In this document: piece after piece, positions 10,022 through 21,300 of the stretch
Layout: the number at the start of each line of letters is the position of its first letter
Numbering within the stretch: the stretch's first letter is position 1
Source of the DNA: Macrostomum hystrix
Taxonomy: Eukaryota > Animalia > Platyhelminthes
DNA length: 64,000 bases
Assembly (NCBI GenBank): GCA_950097015.1
Contig: CATNEN010000001.1
Coordinates: forward strand, 26,412,001 to 26,476,000
Direction of reading: 5' to 3'
Made by a program: the position numbers and the translations under genes
Notes under the pieces: generated by a model
Database searches by the model: none
What the model was told of the DNA's origin: nothing
The model's input: the letters and a program-made list of their open reading frames with translations, nothing else

Positions 10022-12978
10022 AGGATTGGTAGCTGGAATCGCAGCTAGATTGGTAGCTGGAATCGCAGCTAGATTGGTAGCTGGATTCGCAGCTAGATTG
10101 GTAGCTGGAATCGCAGCTAGATTGGTAGCTGGAATCGCAGAAGGATTGGTAGCTGGAATCGCAGCTAGATTGGTAGCTGGAATCGCAGCTAGATTTGTAG
10201 CTGGAATCGCAGAAAGATTGGTAGCTAGATTTGCAGAAAGATTGGTAGCTAGATTTGCAGAAAGATTGGTAGCTGGAATCGCAGAAAGATTGGTAGCTGG
10301 AATCGCAGAAATATTGGTATCTGGAATCGCAGAAAGATTGGTAGCTAGATTTGCAGAAAGATTGGTAGCTGGAATCGCAGCTAGATTGGTAGCTAGATTT
10401 GCAGAAAGATTGGTAGCTGGAATCGCAGCTAGATTGGTAGCTGGAATCGCAGCTAGATTGGTAGCTGGAATCGCAGAAGGATTGGTAGCTGGAATCGCAG
10501 CTAGATTGGTAGCTGGAATCGCAGAAAGATTGGTAGCTGGAATTGCAGCTAGATTGGTAGCTGGAATCGCAGAAGGATTGGTAGCTGGATTCGCAGAAGG
10601 ATTGGTAGCTGTAATCGCAGAAAGATTGCTAGCTAGATTTGCAGAAAGATTGGTAGCTGGATTTGCAGAAAGATTGGTAGCTGGAATCGCAGAAAGATTG
10701 GTAGCTGGATTTGCAGAAAGATTGGTAGCTGGATTTGCAGAAAGATTGGTAGCTGGAATCGCAGAAAGATTGGTAGCTAGATTTGCAGAAAGATTGGTAG
10801 CTGGAATCGCAGCTAGATTGGTAGCTGGAATTGCAGCTAGATTGGTAGCTGGAATCGCAGAAAGATTGGTAGCTGGAATCGCAGAAAGATTGGTAGCTGG
10901 AATCGCAGAAAGATTGGTAGCTAGATTTGCAGAAAGATTGGTAGCTGGATTTGCAGAAAGATTGGTAGCTGGAATCGCAGAAAGATTGGTAGCTAGATTT
11001 GCAGAAAGATTGGTAGCTAGATTTGCAGAAAGATTGGTAGCTAGATTTGCAGAAAGATTGGTAGCTAGATTTGCAGAAAGATTGGTAGCTGGAATCGCAG
11101 CTAGATTGGTAGCTGGAATTGCAGCTAGATTGGTAGCTGGAATCGCAGAAGGATTGGTAGCTGTAATCGCAGAAAGATTGGTAGCTGGATTTGCAGAAAG
11201 ATTGGTAGCTGGATTTGCAGAAAGATTGGTAGCTGGATTTGCAGAAAGATTGGTAGCTGGAATCGCAGAAAGATTGGTAGCTAGATTTGCAGAAAGATTG
11301 GTAGCTAGATTTGCAGAAAGATTGGTAGCTGGAATCGCAGAAAGATTGGTAGCTGGAATCGCAGAAAGATTGGTAGCTGGAATCGCAGAAAGATTGGTAG
11401 CTAGATTTGCAGAAAGATTGGTAGCTAGATTTGCAGAAAGATTGGTAGCTGGAATCGCAGAAAGATTGGTAGCTGGATTTGCAGAAAGATTGGTAGCTGG
11501 AATCGCAGCTAGATTGGTAGCTAGATTTGCAGAAAGATTGGTAGCTGGATTTGCAGAAAGATTGGTAGCTGGAATCGCAGAAAGATTGGTAGCTGGAATC
11601 GCAGAAAGATTGGTAGCTGGAATCGCAGAAAGATTGGTAGCTAGATTTGCAGAAAGATTGGTAGCTGGATTTGCAGAAAGATTGGTAGCTGGATTTGCAG
11701 AAAGATTGGTAGCTGGAATCGCAGAAAGATTGGTAGCTGGAGTCGCAGAAGGATTGGTAGCTGGAATCGCAGAAAGATTGGTAGCTGGATTTGCAGAAAG
11801 ATTGGTAGCTGGATTTGCAGAAAGATTGGTAGCTGGAATCGCAGAAAGATTGGTAGCTGGAATCGCAGAAAGATTGGTAGCTGGAATCGCAGAAAGATTG
11901 GTAGCTAGATTTGCAGAAAGATTGGTAGCTGGATTTGCAGAAAGATTGGTAGCTGGATTTGCAGAAAGATTGGTAGCTGGAATCGCAGAAAGATTGGTAG
12001 CTGGAATCGCAGAAAGATTGGTAGCTGGATTTGCAGAAAGATTGGTAGCTGGATTTGCAGAAAGATTGGTAGCTAGATTTGCAGAAAGATTGGTAGCTGG
12101 ATTTGCAGAAAGATTGGTAGCTGGAATCGCAGAAAGATTGGTAGCTGGAATCGCAGAAAGATTGGTAGCTGGAATCGCAGAAAGATTGGTAGCTGGAATC
12201 GCAGAAAGATTGGTAGCTGGAATCGTAGAAAGATTGGTAGCTAGATTTGCAGAAAGATTGGTAGCTGGATTTGCAGAAAGATTGGTAGCTGGAATCGCAG
12301 AAAGATTGGTAGCTAGATTTGCAGAAAGATTGGTAGCTAGATTTGCAGAAAGATTGGTAGCTGGAATCGCAGAAAGATTGGTAGCTGGATTTGCAGAAAG
12401 ATTGGTAGCTGGATTTGCAGAAAGATTGGTAGCTAGATTTGCAGAAAGATTGGTAGCTGGAATCGCAGAAAGATTGGTAGCTGGAATCGCAGCTAGATTG
12501 GTAGCTGGAATCGCAGCTAGATTGGTAGCTGGAATAGCAGAAAGATTGGTAGCTGGATTCGCAGAAGGATTGGTAGCTGGATTCGCAGAAGGATTGGTAG
12601 CTGGAATCGCAGAAAGATTGGTAGCTGGAATCGCAGCTAGATTGGTAGCTGGAATCGCAGCTAGATTGGTAGCTGGAATAGCAGAAAGATTGGTAGCTGG
12701 ATTCGCAGAAGGATTGGTAGCTGGATTCGCAGAAGGATTGGTAGCTGGAATCGCAGAAAGATTGGTAGCTGGAATCGCAGCTAGATTGGTAGCTGGAATC
12801 GCAGAAAGATTGGTAGCTGGAATCGCAGTAAGATTGGTAGCTGGATTCGCAGAAGGATTGGTAGCTGGATTCGCAGAAGGATTGGTAGCTGGAATCGCAG
12901 AAAGATTGGTAGCTGGAATCGCAGCTAGATTGGTAGCTGGAATCGCAGAAAGATTGGTAGCTGGAATCGCAGCTAGAT
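10022..12978. repeat. 24-bp minisatellite, about 120 units (GATTGGTAGCTGGAATCGCAGAAA and variants)
   Basis: Direct inspection; the unit is a dimer of related 12-mers. It explains the ~1000-aa ORFs on both strands, neither of which starts at ATG. Confidence 0.97.
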
Positions 12979-13444
12979 TCACATATATGCGATCACAGAA
13001 AAGCGCTTCGCTGAAACCGCAGCACAAACTATTTTCAGTATCGTAGTAAGGGTCGTATCTCCCAGCTAGAACCAAACCTACGTAGAATCGCAGCTAGAAT
13101 CGCTGCAAGAGGTGCCGCATCAAAAGTCGTCTCTAGAAGCTTAGCTAATGAACCTAAATGACATTGTTAGATCATGCATAAATTCTGAATATGAATTTCT
13201 CACTATCCTGGGATTATTATGGGATTCTTGCATTCGGGTGGAATCACATAAGAACAGAACTTCTAAAACCGAAAATAAACTGAATGCTTTTATCGAGGCA
13301 GTTAAATTATGAGCGCAGATATATTTTTTTATAAAAAATATATATTTACTAACACACTTCCAGAAGAGAAACATTCAGAAGATCGCATACCTAATTAAAG
13401 TGAAAGGCTAATTATTGAGTTTAAAATCTCTACCATATACGAGT

Positions 13445-14194
13445 ATTAAGAGGATATTTCAAATACGCACATTTTTCTTAAACATGTATCTCACTAAATT
13501 ATTTAACTGTTCGTCACAAAAATCCAGAACACGGGTTAAAATTTTCCACTCTATCCCACGAAAAAACATTTTAGAATCACAAGACATCGTTATTATCGAG
13601 ATGTTTGACAATTCCCGTCGGTGTGTCTGGTGTCAAAACCACAAGTATAAGCATACTTTTTTCTGCTCATATTATTTCAGGTGACCATGAAACTGAGTTC
13701 ATCGTCTGCGAGTATATGGTGGACTTTTGGGGGTCGGTGGCGGTTAACGCGTTTGCCTCTCGCACCACGGTCCCTAAGTTCGATTCCACTGCGAGGCCAC
13801 ATTTATTTGGGCGTAGCCGCGGAGAGAAGGCTTTGGGGGCTTGAAGTGCAATTTACGCCCTTGAGGGCCAACCTCCAAGGCACAGTGAAATGTACACTGC
13901 CTGACGATGAGAAAGTCAGGGCAGATGTACACACCTGTATGAGCGTGTGCCTGCGTACGGTATCTGTGTGCGTGTGTGCTCAGGAGTCAGCGAAATGGGC
14001 AGAATTGCCTCCTCGCTGGCTGCGGGTCTACTGTCACTAAATGATGGGCCACTGCTCGCAGCCCTCCTGCAATTATTATTATTTATGGCGGACTTTCACG
14101 AAAATCGGTCATTTGTGACATAGGTTGTGGGTGTTTGAAATACCCCACCTGGTCCTCCCCCCAGGGGGAAAATGGCTTGGTCTTTCTACTGTTA
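13445..14194. mobile_element. MITE family copy (related to 35550-36006) interrupted by a SINE
   Basis: Shared blocks AAGAGGATATTTCAAATAC, AATCACAA..CATCG, GGACTTTCACGAAAATCGGTC and the terminal TTTCTACTGTTA. Confidence 0.6.
13728..14083 (+). mobile_element. tRNA-derived SINE (family B)
   Basis: tRNA-like head with B box AGTTCGATTCC, (ATT)n tail and a 13-bp TSD TATGG(T/C)GGACTTT at 13715-13727 and 14084-14096. A partial copy lies at ~28690-28860. Confidence 0.7.
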
Positions 14195-14324
14195 ATCAAC
14201 CTTGCTGTTTGAACATGTGAACAACTAAATTATCGAAAAGAGTAGAACAAATAGTATCCTTGCAGTTCTCCACTCCAGAAGGAGTCATTCCAGTTAATCT
14301 AGCCTTCACAAACAGGTGCGATGA

Positions 14325-15365
14325 TCAGGTCTGACAGTAATTATCCAGCTGCTGTAATTCACTCAGAGTCAGCGCGTCCTTCCCGATGACGTAGCAGATC
14401 AGCAGGCCTCGGATGTTGTCGGTCGCGGAGCTCTTATCGCCCAGACGCAGGCACATCGGACTGCCGGACGGGTAAACGCCGCTGTCAACCCCTGGCCCAA
14501 TGAAGGACCCATCCATGTAGAAGGTACTCAGACTATTGCCTAGAAAAACAGCGCCCGCTGAAACCGTCTGGGGTGCGTTGTCGGTCCTCAAAAGAGTACT
14601 GTTTGTCTGCTGCGTGACCTTGTTTCCTGAAGCTGGCGCGCCCGGGAAAAGATGCTCGACAGTCAAAAAGCCGCCTTGATCACCAAAGAAGCCATGATGG
14701 TCGTTTGTTGAACAGTCATAAAAGTTGTGATAGACTTGCTTGTAGTTAGTTTGTCTAGCCAATCTGACAAAGAAAGTGAAATTATTTGCATGCGACAAGA
14801 ACTGCGGCACGAGAGTATTGCCGCTGTTGTCTACTTCGATGTAGGTGTTGACATTTCCTCCAGGGAAGTGGGCACCAAGACTGTCTCGGCTTATAGATCC
14901 GAAAAGAGTTGCGGAATACTTAGCGGCATTCACTAGATTCGTGGTGCCCTTTCTGAAGTCTAGTAGAATCAGGAGCTTCGATGTGACAGACGAATCAAGA
15001 CCGCTTACAATTGTGGTGGTCGGAGCGGTCCCTGTTGAACCCACCCCAACTTTCACGTAGCTGACGCAGACCCCAGTTCCTGGCGTGTTGGTCGGGGAGA
15101 ACAAGTCCTCCGTTTGCTTGGCAGTTGCAAAGTAGCATGTTCCATCAGCACTTCGGAAGGTCGCGTACAAGTTAGCATTCATGGCGCACTGAAAAATGCA
15201 GTCTTGCATCGAATGTGAGCCAACTACTTTCTTGAGCAGCGTCAAGCTTGAGTCTGCTGGACAAGACTGCAATCTGTTAAACTTCAACGAGGAAGTTGTT
15301 GAACAGTCTCCAGCCAGGACTGTCGCAGCTGTTATGCACAGTACTGCGCTCGCTAAAGCTTGCAT
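14325..15365 (-). CDS. Secreted PAN/Apple-LamG protein, paralog 4 (346 aa from MQALASAV)
   Basis: First ATG is at 15365 and is followed by a signal peptide. PAN domain lacks Cys4; LamG domain has KLLILLDFR..YHNFYDCS..CLRLG..ICY..YC. Confidence 0.88.
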   Translation of the reverse strand: MQALASAVLCITAATVLAGDCSTTSSLKFNRLQSCPADSSLTLLKKVVGSHSMQDCIFQCAMNANLYATFRSADGTCYFATAKQTEDLFSPTNTPGTGVCVSYVKVGVGSTGTAPTTTIVSGLDSSVTSKLLILLDFRKGTTNLVNAAKYSATLFGSISRDSLGAHFPGGNVNTYIEVDNSGNTLVPQFLSHANNFTFFVRLARQTNYKQVYHNFYDCSTNDHHGFFGDQGGFLTVEHLFPGAPASGNKVTQQTNSTLLRTDNAPQTVSAGAVFLGNSLSTFYMDGSFIGPGVDSGVYPSGSPMCLRLGDKSSATDNIRGLLICYVIGKDALTLSELQQLDNYCQT

Positions 15366-16658
15366 AGCTTTATTGATTTCCAGCGTCTCCAGAAGTCGAC
15401 AATCTACGCCGTCTATTCCAAAGCAAGCAGCAGCTACGAGCAACGAAGGACAAAGCAGAAGCCTCTTAAAAAATAGCCTTTCGTCGGAATGACTTTCTTA
15501 ACGCATCCCTTCACCCAATCAGCTGCGATTGGGTGCCTGTGGGCAATGTTTAAGTGGGAGCCACATGAGCACGGAATTGAGTCTGGAATAGAATACTGGC
15601 TTCCAATTAGAACTCTTTTTTGTAGAAACTTGGGGAATATACAAATTGAAAGATGCAGCTTCAGAGTAAGTGGAATGGGATTGCAAGTGCGCAGGCTCAA
15701 CTAAATGCACTTTTGGCAAGATTTGGTTCTAGCGAGCACTTTTTCCTAGGTTCCAGATTCCCTTGTAGAGATGCACTAAATGAAAATCACATTTGAGAGC
15801 ACAAACCCTCAACTGGCAAGATACTCTGCTTCTCTCTTTTCTCAAATGGCGTCTCGTAAAGTCGGTAAAAATGGGACTCGAAATCGGTCATGCGTCAGTG
15901 CATCAAGCGCGCTCGCCATGCCTGTGAACGAGTCGTGCCAAGCTGACTAGCTAAGATCTGTGATGCCTGCTACTTTTAACTCTCTTCATTTATCCCTAAC
16001 AATTTTTGTCTGCTAGCCAACTGCAAGCCTTCGATAATTAAGTATCGATTTATTTCCTCCCTCCCCCAGTGAGCCCCCCATCCAGTCTAGCCTGCCGGCT
16101 CGTTTCTCTTACCCCGTTTTGATTATAGTCGGCTTGCCTTTCATCTCTTTAATCGCTGTACCTCCCTTCTCTGTCTACACCCCGTCATCCGGCCTCTTTA
16201 TGTTTAGCCACCTCGACCTTCGTTGCAAGGACGACTAGAAGAAGGACGGGACGCTTCGTTTCTTGGGAAATTTATTATAGGTAGATCTTGACTTAAAAAT
16301 TCACCAAAAGTTTTGAAAACTTTTGAATTGAAGCAGATTCAATGCTGTTATTTAAAAAATCTTGCAAAATATGTTGCTTCAACGAGTTTTAGAAAGCCTC
16401 ATTCATGAATAATTGATCTTCATTTAATTTTCGTTTATTTATTATGAACTACAAAAGCAACAAAGGTACAAAGACACTTATGCTTAATTTGAAAGTGACT
16501 GTTAAATTGAGTTCGTCACTCGATGGCTATTTGACTAGCTATAAGAACCAGTTACCGTTCCCGAGCCAAAAGGTTCCCAGAATAAATAATTAACACAGCG
16601 GCAAAGTACCCGTTTGGTGCTCCGCTCTGATCCGCAGGGAAACCCCAATTCCACTGAA

Positions 16659-16698
16659 AAAGACGGTCTCTTACCGCGAAGACTCATTTGATTGCACG
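16659..16698 (+). ncRNA. Degenerate copy of the flatworm (Macrostomum) spliced-leader exon; probable SL RNA pseudogene or variant
   Basis: AAAGACGGTCTCTTACCGCGAAGACTCATTTGATTGCACG matches 36/40 nt of the M. lignano SL as recalled from memory (AAAGACGGTCTCTTACTGCGAAGACTCAATTTATTGCATG). The terminal ATG reads ACG here. Confidence 0.65.
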
Positions 16699-18262
16699 TT
16701 TGGTATCAGTTGCATTTAACAATACATGAGCAGGTCATTGCAGGAGGATGCCCTGGGCCTCCTGGCACCAGTAAGTCCTACACATCTCGTAGGTACATAT
16801 TCCAAGAGTGTTCAAGACTGGCTTTTTAGATATTGGTGGACTCTCGTCCCCACGCTGTCCAAGGATCACACTGTATCTTAAGTCAAGGAGGTCAGTTAAG
16901 TCAAGTGTGAGCCTCGTATGAATCGGAAAAAGTAGTGAGTGGGAGTATGTCTTACAAAAAGTGCAGAGAGACTAACAAGGAAGGACAGATGACTGCGGCA
17001 AAGAAGTTATATCGGAAGTAGGAAATAAGTAGGCTACGGGAAACAGGAATTGAGTATGCCGCGGCTAATTGGGAAATCGCAGGACGAAATCCCATAGTAT
17101 TTAAATCCTATAGGTCTTTCCAAGAAAGTTGGGTTGAAGTCTTTCTTGAACAAAGGTTTTTGCAAGAGCTCTTCACAATTGGAATTGGCAATTAAGCTGA
17201 GGAAGTTTCAGCTGGAGAGGCAAGGCTAGCAGAACTCTGTACACATTCATAGGAGAGTCAGACAATATGATTGAAGCTCGCGAGCTACTACTCAGATCGG
17301 GTATTTAAGTAGGATGCAATGTCAATGCACTATTTGAGTACTGAGGCGATTGAGAAGCCAAAAGGACTTGAAATTCTAAGTATGCATTTTTAGATTAAGG
17401 AACGGAATTTAGGCGACAGAGGTGTAGATCAAAAGACTGAATAGTCATTCCGAAGCAAAAAGATGGATTTTAGCCCAGTGACTAGAGCTTAGGACTTACT
17501 GCTGATAAAGAGGTCGTGAGTTCAAACTCAGCCAAGGGAAACTTTTTTTCTTCAAGCAAGACACCTGGGTAGGTATTGTGGTGTGTGAGGCATCTTCCCC
17601 AGTCCATGGGCTGATGATCACAGTCTTTGGAAGCGCATCGCAACAGCTGCGGCTGTGACACTGGCTGTAACCACGACTAAATCTAGAAACAATTAACTTT
17701 CTGCTTAGATATCGAACTCTGTGCTGTCATCGTAATTTGTTTCCTGGGCCTAAGTTCCCTGCATTCCCACTGTCCTTATCTTTCCTTATCCTATGTAAAG
17801 TTCTTTTACGTTATCAACTTTTTAATTTACAAAGAGACTGTGAAGCAGTCAACCCAGCTGTTCGCTGTACTGCTACGTAATCGCCCCATCACCTGTTTGC
17901 TATGCGGTAGCATTCAAGTGCTAGCTAAGTTACTTATGTACACGGGACAATTTCCAGTTGGTTGCTAGGAGCAACACCGACAGCTTGAGAAGAAACGTTG
18001 GGCCCGAAGAGAAAATTTAGTAGGGTTTCGGATTAGGGCTGGCTTAAATTCTACAAAGGAGTATTTGGTATTCAGGACATTACTATTGGTTGAGACCTGT
18101 CTATCAATTTGCTGCATGGCTGGCTTTGTGCAGCTAAAATGTTTACTTAAGTTGTAGATTTTAATGCAGAAAAAATGCCACTAGTTGTGAAAACAGTGCA
18201 GTAAAAGTTGTAATCCTTGCTCGAACAGAATAGTTTAATCTTTAGTGCTGCTTATTACAAAA

Positions 18263-19324
18263 ATGATTCCGTCAACAGCCTACCTGCTGCCTCTGATTCT
18301 ACTGAGCAGCCGCTCAGCCGCAGGACAAAATCCAGAACGGCGCTTCGCTCTGTCTTCAGTCGCCAGCTGTCCTTCGATTGTAAATCTCGCCCTGCTGAAT
18401 CCTGACATCAACGCCAGAGATTTGTCCGACTGCGCAGCAAAATGTGCCAGCTCTGAAAGCTGCTCTGGTTTCTATTTTTCAGAAAGTCTCGCTCGATGTT
18501 ATCCGGGAAGTAGGAATCAAATTACGTCACTGTGGAATGCAAGAAGCACTTCTGCTTCAGACGGTTGTACCAGCTTTGTTTTTCCCGAGCTCAAAATTTT
18601 TGGATGAAGCCGCCAGCTGCCATGCCAACCACTTCTTCCAGCATTTCCGGCATCAGCGATTCTACTGCATCAAAACTGGTGATTTTGTTTGACTTCAGAC
18701 TGGGCTACACCAACCTCGCAAACCCAACCAAGTACGGTGCCAGCCCCCATGGATCGGTGACACGAGACAGTCAAGGCGCGCACTTTCCAGGAACCAACTC
18801 TGACTACATCGAGATTGATACGAATGGAAATACTCTCGCGCCGACCTTTCTAGATTATCCCTCAACTTCATTTTCTTTGTGCGAGTGCTGAGGCAGAGCT
18901 GGAACCAGCAGAACTATCACCTTTTTCATGACTGCAGTGCCAATCCCAGAAGTGAGTTTGCCGTTCGCCTTGGCAAGCTGCTTGTCAGGCACTCGTTTCC
19001 AGGAAAGGTGGATCTGGTTGACCAGACGGAAAGCATCGAGTCAAATGACATCCTAGTGAATACGCAGAACATTCTGCAGGAGGTCACAGCCGCCGCAGTT
19101 TTTACCGGAATAAACTTTCTACTTTGTTCTTCAACGGAACAACGGTTGCTAGGAGCAGGGATTTGAACTATGCCTACCAGGGACCACTGCAATGCCTTCG
19201 CGTAGGTTTCAACTCGGCCGCCAGCGCCGCACTCAAGGGTCGCTTCGTTTGCTACGCCATTGCCAAGACAGCTTTGAGCGCCAATGAAGTTGCTGAACTA
19301 GGCAACTACTGCGGAAGCACCTAG
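18263..19324 (+). pseudogene. Inverted PAN/Apple-LamG paralog 5 with three -1 frameshifts (pseudogene or assembly error)
   Basis: ORFs 18245, 18532, 18879 and 19124 join into one full-length paralog; shifts are near 18580, 18860 and 19120. Confidence 0.85.
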
Positions 19325-19863
19325 CATTATGTCTAGCAAACCTTTTATTCTGATTTCTCGAAGTATAGAAGCAAGTAAATACTCCCAGATTTTTTAAGTG
19401 GGCTGTGTTCTTTGATGAAAAAAGGTCTGACTAACTCAATTTAGATATTGACGTGCATATTTCTGATTCTGCACACTAAATAGCAACAACACAGCACAAA
19501 ATTACTTGCTATATTTTCTTCTAGCAATGTTTTTAGAAAACCAGTAATGTTTTACTAAGCAAGATTTTCTATAATATTTTGCATTGCAACGGTGACAGTA
19601 ACAATTACAACAGTTTATTATGCGCAAAATAAATTTAACGAGCTAATTTGTGAATATTTGAAGAACTGCTTGCAAAATTATGGTTTTAGAGCTTTGTTTC
19701 TCAATTGTTTATTTTTTAAATAGAGATTAGAGAATATAGCAAAAATGGCATGGCAACAGATGGATTCGGTAAAAGTTTTTGCCAAACTTTTGCTTAATAC
19801 ATCAAAAGACTGTTAATACTCGATAAGTTATAGTACGAGTAATAATTAAGAATTCATAATTCA

Positions 19864-20078
19864 TTACACATGTCCCAACAGCACAGCCGCAGCTCTTGCG
19901 CGGCACATCTGAAGGCTGTTCAGTCCATGGACTGGGTGGACGCCACACCCGCCCTCAATTACCCTTTCCCCAGCTAATGCTCGTACGCATTTAGCAACTG
20001 GGTGAACTGAAGCAATGCAGATTTTGTATCTTGCTAAAGGACACAAATTGTTCCAGTGGAGTCGGGAATCGAACCCCA
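19864..20078 (-). mobile_element. 5'-truncated SINE (family A)
   Basis: High similarity to 20761-21054 and 37461-37739. Confidence 0.75.
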
Positions 20079-20202
20079 TCGTTCATTTTATGTTCGATTG
20101 CCTGCTGAAAAATGAAACTTGTTCGCGTTTCTCTCGAGACTTTGAGACTAGTGAGTGCAACCGGAGGTGCAACCGGAAGTGCAACCGTTGCAATGCAAAA
20201 GT

Positions 20203-21300
20203 TTACTTGGGTTCGCAGAACGATTCGATCTGCTGCAACTAAATCAGACTGAGCACCTCCATGGCGATGGCTTAGCAGATAAGCCGGCCGCGCAACCGGC
20301 TACCACATCGAGGACTCCATGTGGTAGCCGAGACGCAGGCACAACGGCTCGCCAGAGAAGTCACTTGACTGTACGTTGGGCTTTTTCAGGAATGCTCCAT
20401 CTTTAAACTTGCTGGTTATATTCCTGTCGGAGAAGGCGGGTATAAAACGTGAAACCAGCCATATGACTTAAGCAAGTGGATGCCAGGGTGTTATGCTTGT
20501 TTCAATCTCAATGAAGTTCGTTGCTGCTTCCGCCAGGAAAATGAACTCCCCGACTGTCTTGAGTGACGAAGCCATGCGGCATTGCCTTGTCGAAAGTCAT
20601 AGAGAAGAATCAGCTTCGATAGAAGAAATGCACTCAGACCGGAAATATTCGGTAAGAAGGGTGTCGTATAGATTCAGTACTTTTAGCTACCGGTGTAGCA
20701 CTTACCGAATTAGACACAAACTCTGTAGCTAAATAATTAATTAATAATAATAATAATTGATTACACCTGCCCCAATTGGGTCAGATGTGCAGCCGACAGC
20801 ACAGCCGCAGCTAATGCGCGGCGCATCTGAAGGCTAGCTGCGTACAGCTGTTCAGTCCACGGACTGGGGGGACGCCACACCCACCTTCAATTATCCCAGC
20901 TGATGCTGGTACCCATTTAACAGCTGGGTGAACTGAAGCAATGCAGAGTTAAGTGTCTTGCTAAAGGACGCAAATTGTTCCAGTGGAGTCGGGAATCGAA
21001 CCCCCGACCTTCAAGTCGTGAGTCCGACGCCCTAACCACTAGGCTACAACCTCTGCTATTAATAATAGCAGAGGTTGTAGCTAAAACATGACTCCTACAG
21101 ACAGAGAATACTTCTGATCTTGTAGAAAAAAAGAGATCTTAGTTAATCGGAAGTTTCCAGGTAGCACCCGGATGCAGAATGAAATACCACTGAGCAGCCG
21201 GCTCGAGTAGCGCATTTGAAGACACTAGCCGGCAAGCTTTGAACGTCCTTTGATAGGTACAGGTGCGAAAGGTCTGAAAGGGCTTAAATGTCGTTTTTTA
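20203..21300 (-). pseudogene. Decayed PAN/Apple-LamG paralog 6 interrupted by a SINE
   Basis: Minus-strand fragments VFKCATRAGCSVVFHSASGCYL (~21150-21225), SKLILLYDFRQG, PHGFVTQDSRGVHFPGG, NTLASTCLSHMAGFTFYTRLLRQ, FKDGAFLKKPNVQSSDFSGEPLCLRLGYH and LQQIESFCE, with stops, frameshifts and internal deletions. The 5' boundary is approximate. Confidence 0.85.
20761..21054 (-). mobile_element. Full-length tRNA-derived SINE (family A)
   Basis: Head AGAGGTTGTAGCCTAGTGGTTAGG (A box) ... GGTTCGATTCCCG (B box). Central AGCAAGACACTTAACTCTGCATTGCTTCAGTTCACCCAGCTG..AAATGGGTACC resembles V/Meta-type SINE cores. (TTA)n tail. Confidence 0.85.

Noticed and set aside
10013-13075. 1020-aa and 1006-aa ORFs as real proteins
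   Set aside because: They are translations of a 24-bp repeat (a multiple of 3), start at TTG and lack a signal peptide; kept only as a low-interest finding.
20980-21054. tRNA genes at SINE heads (also ~37670-37739, ~27620-27688, ~13730-13800)
   Set aside because: Imperfect acceptor stems, and they run straight into SINE bodies with tails or TSDs.
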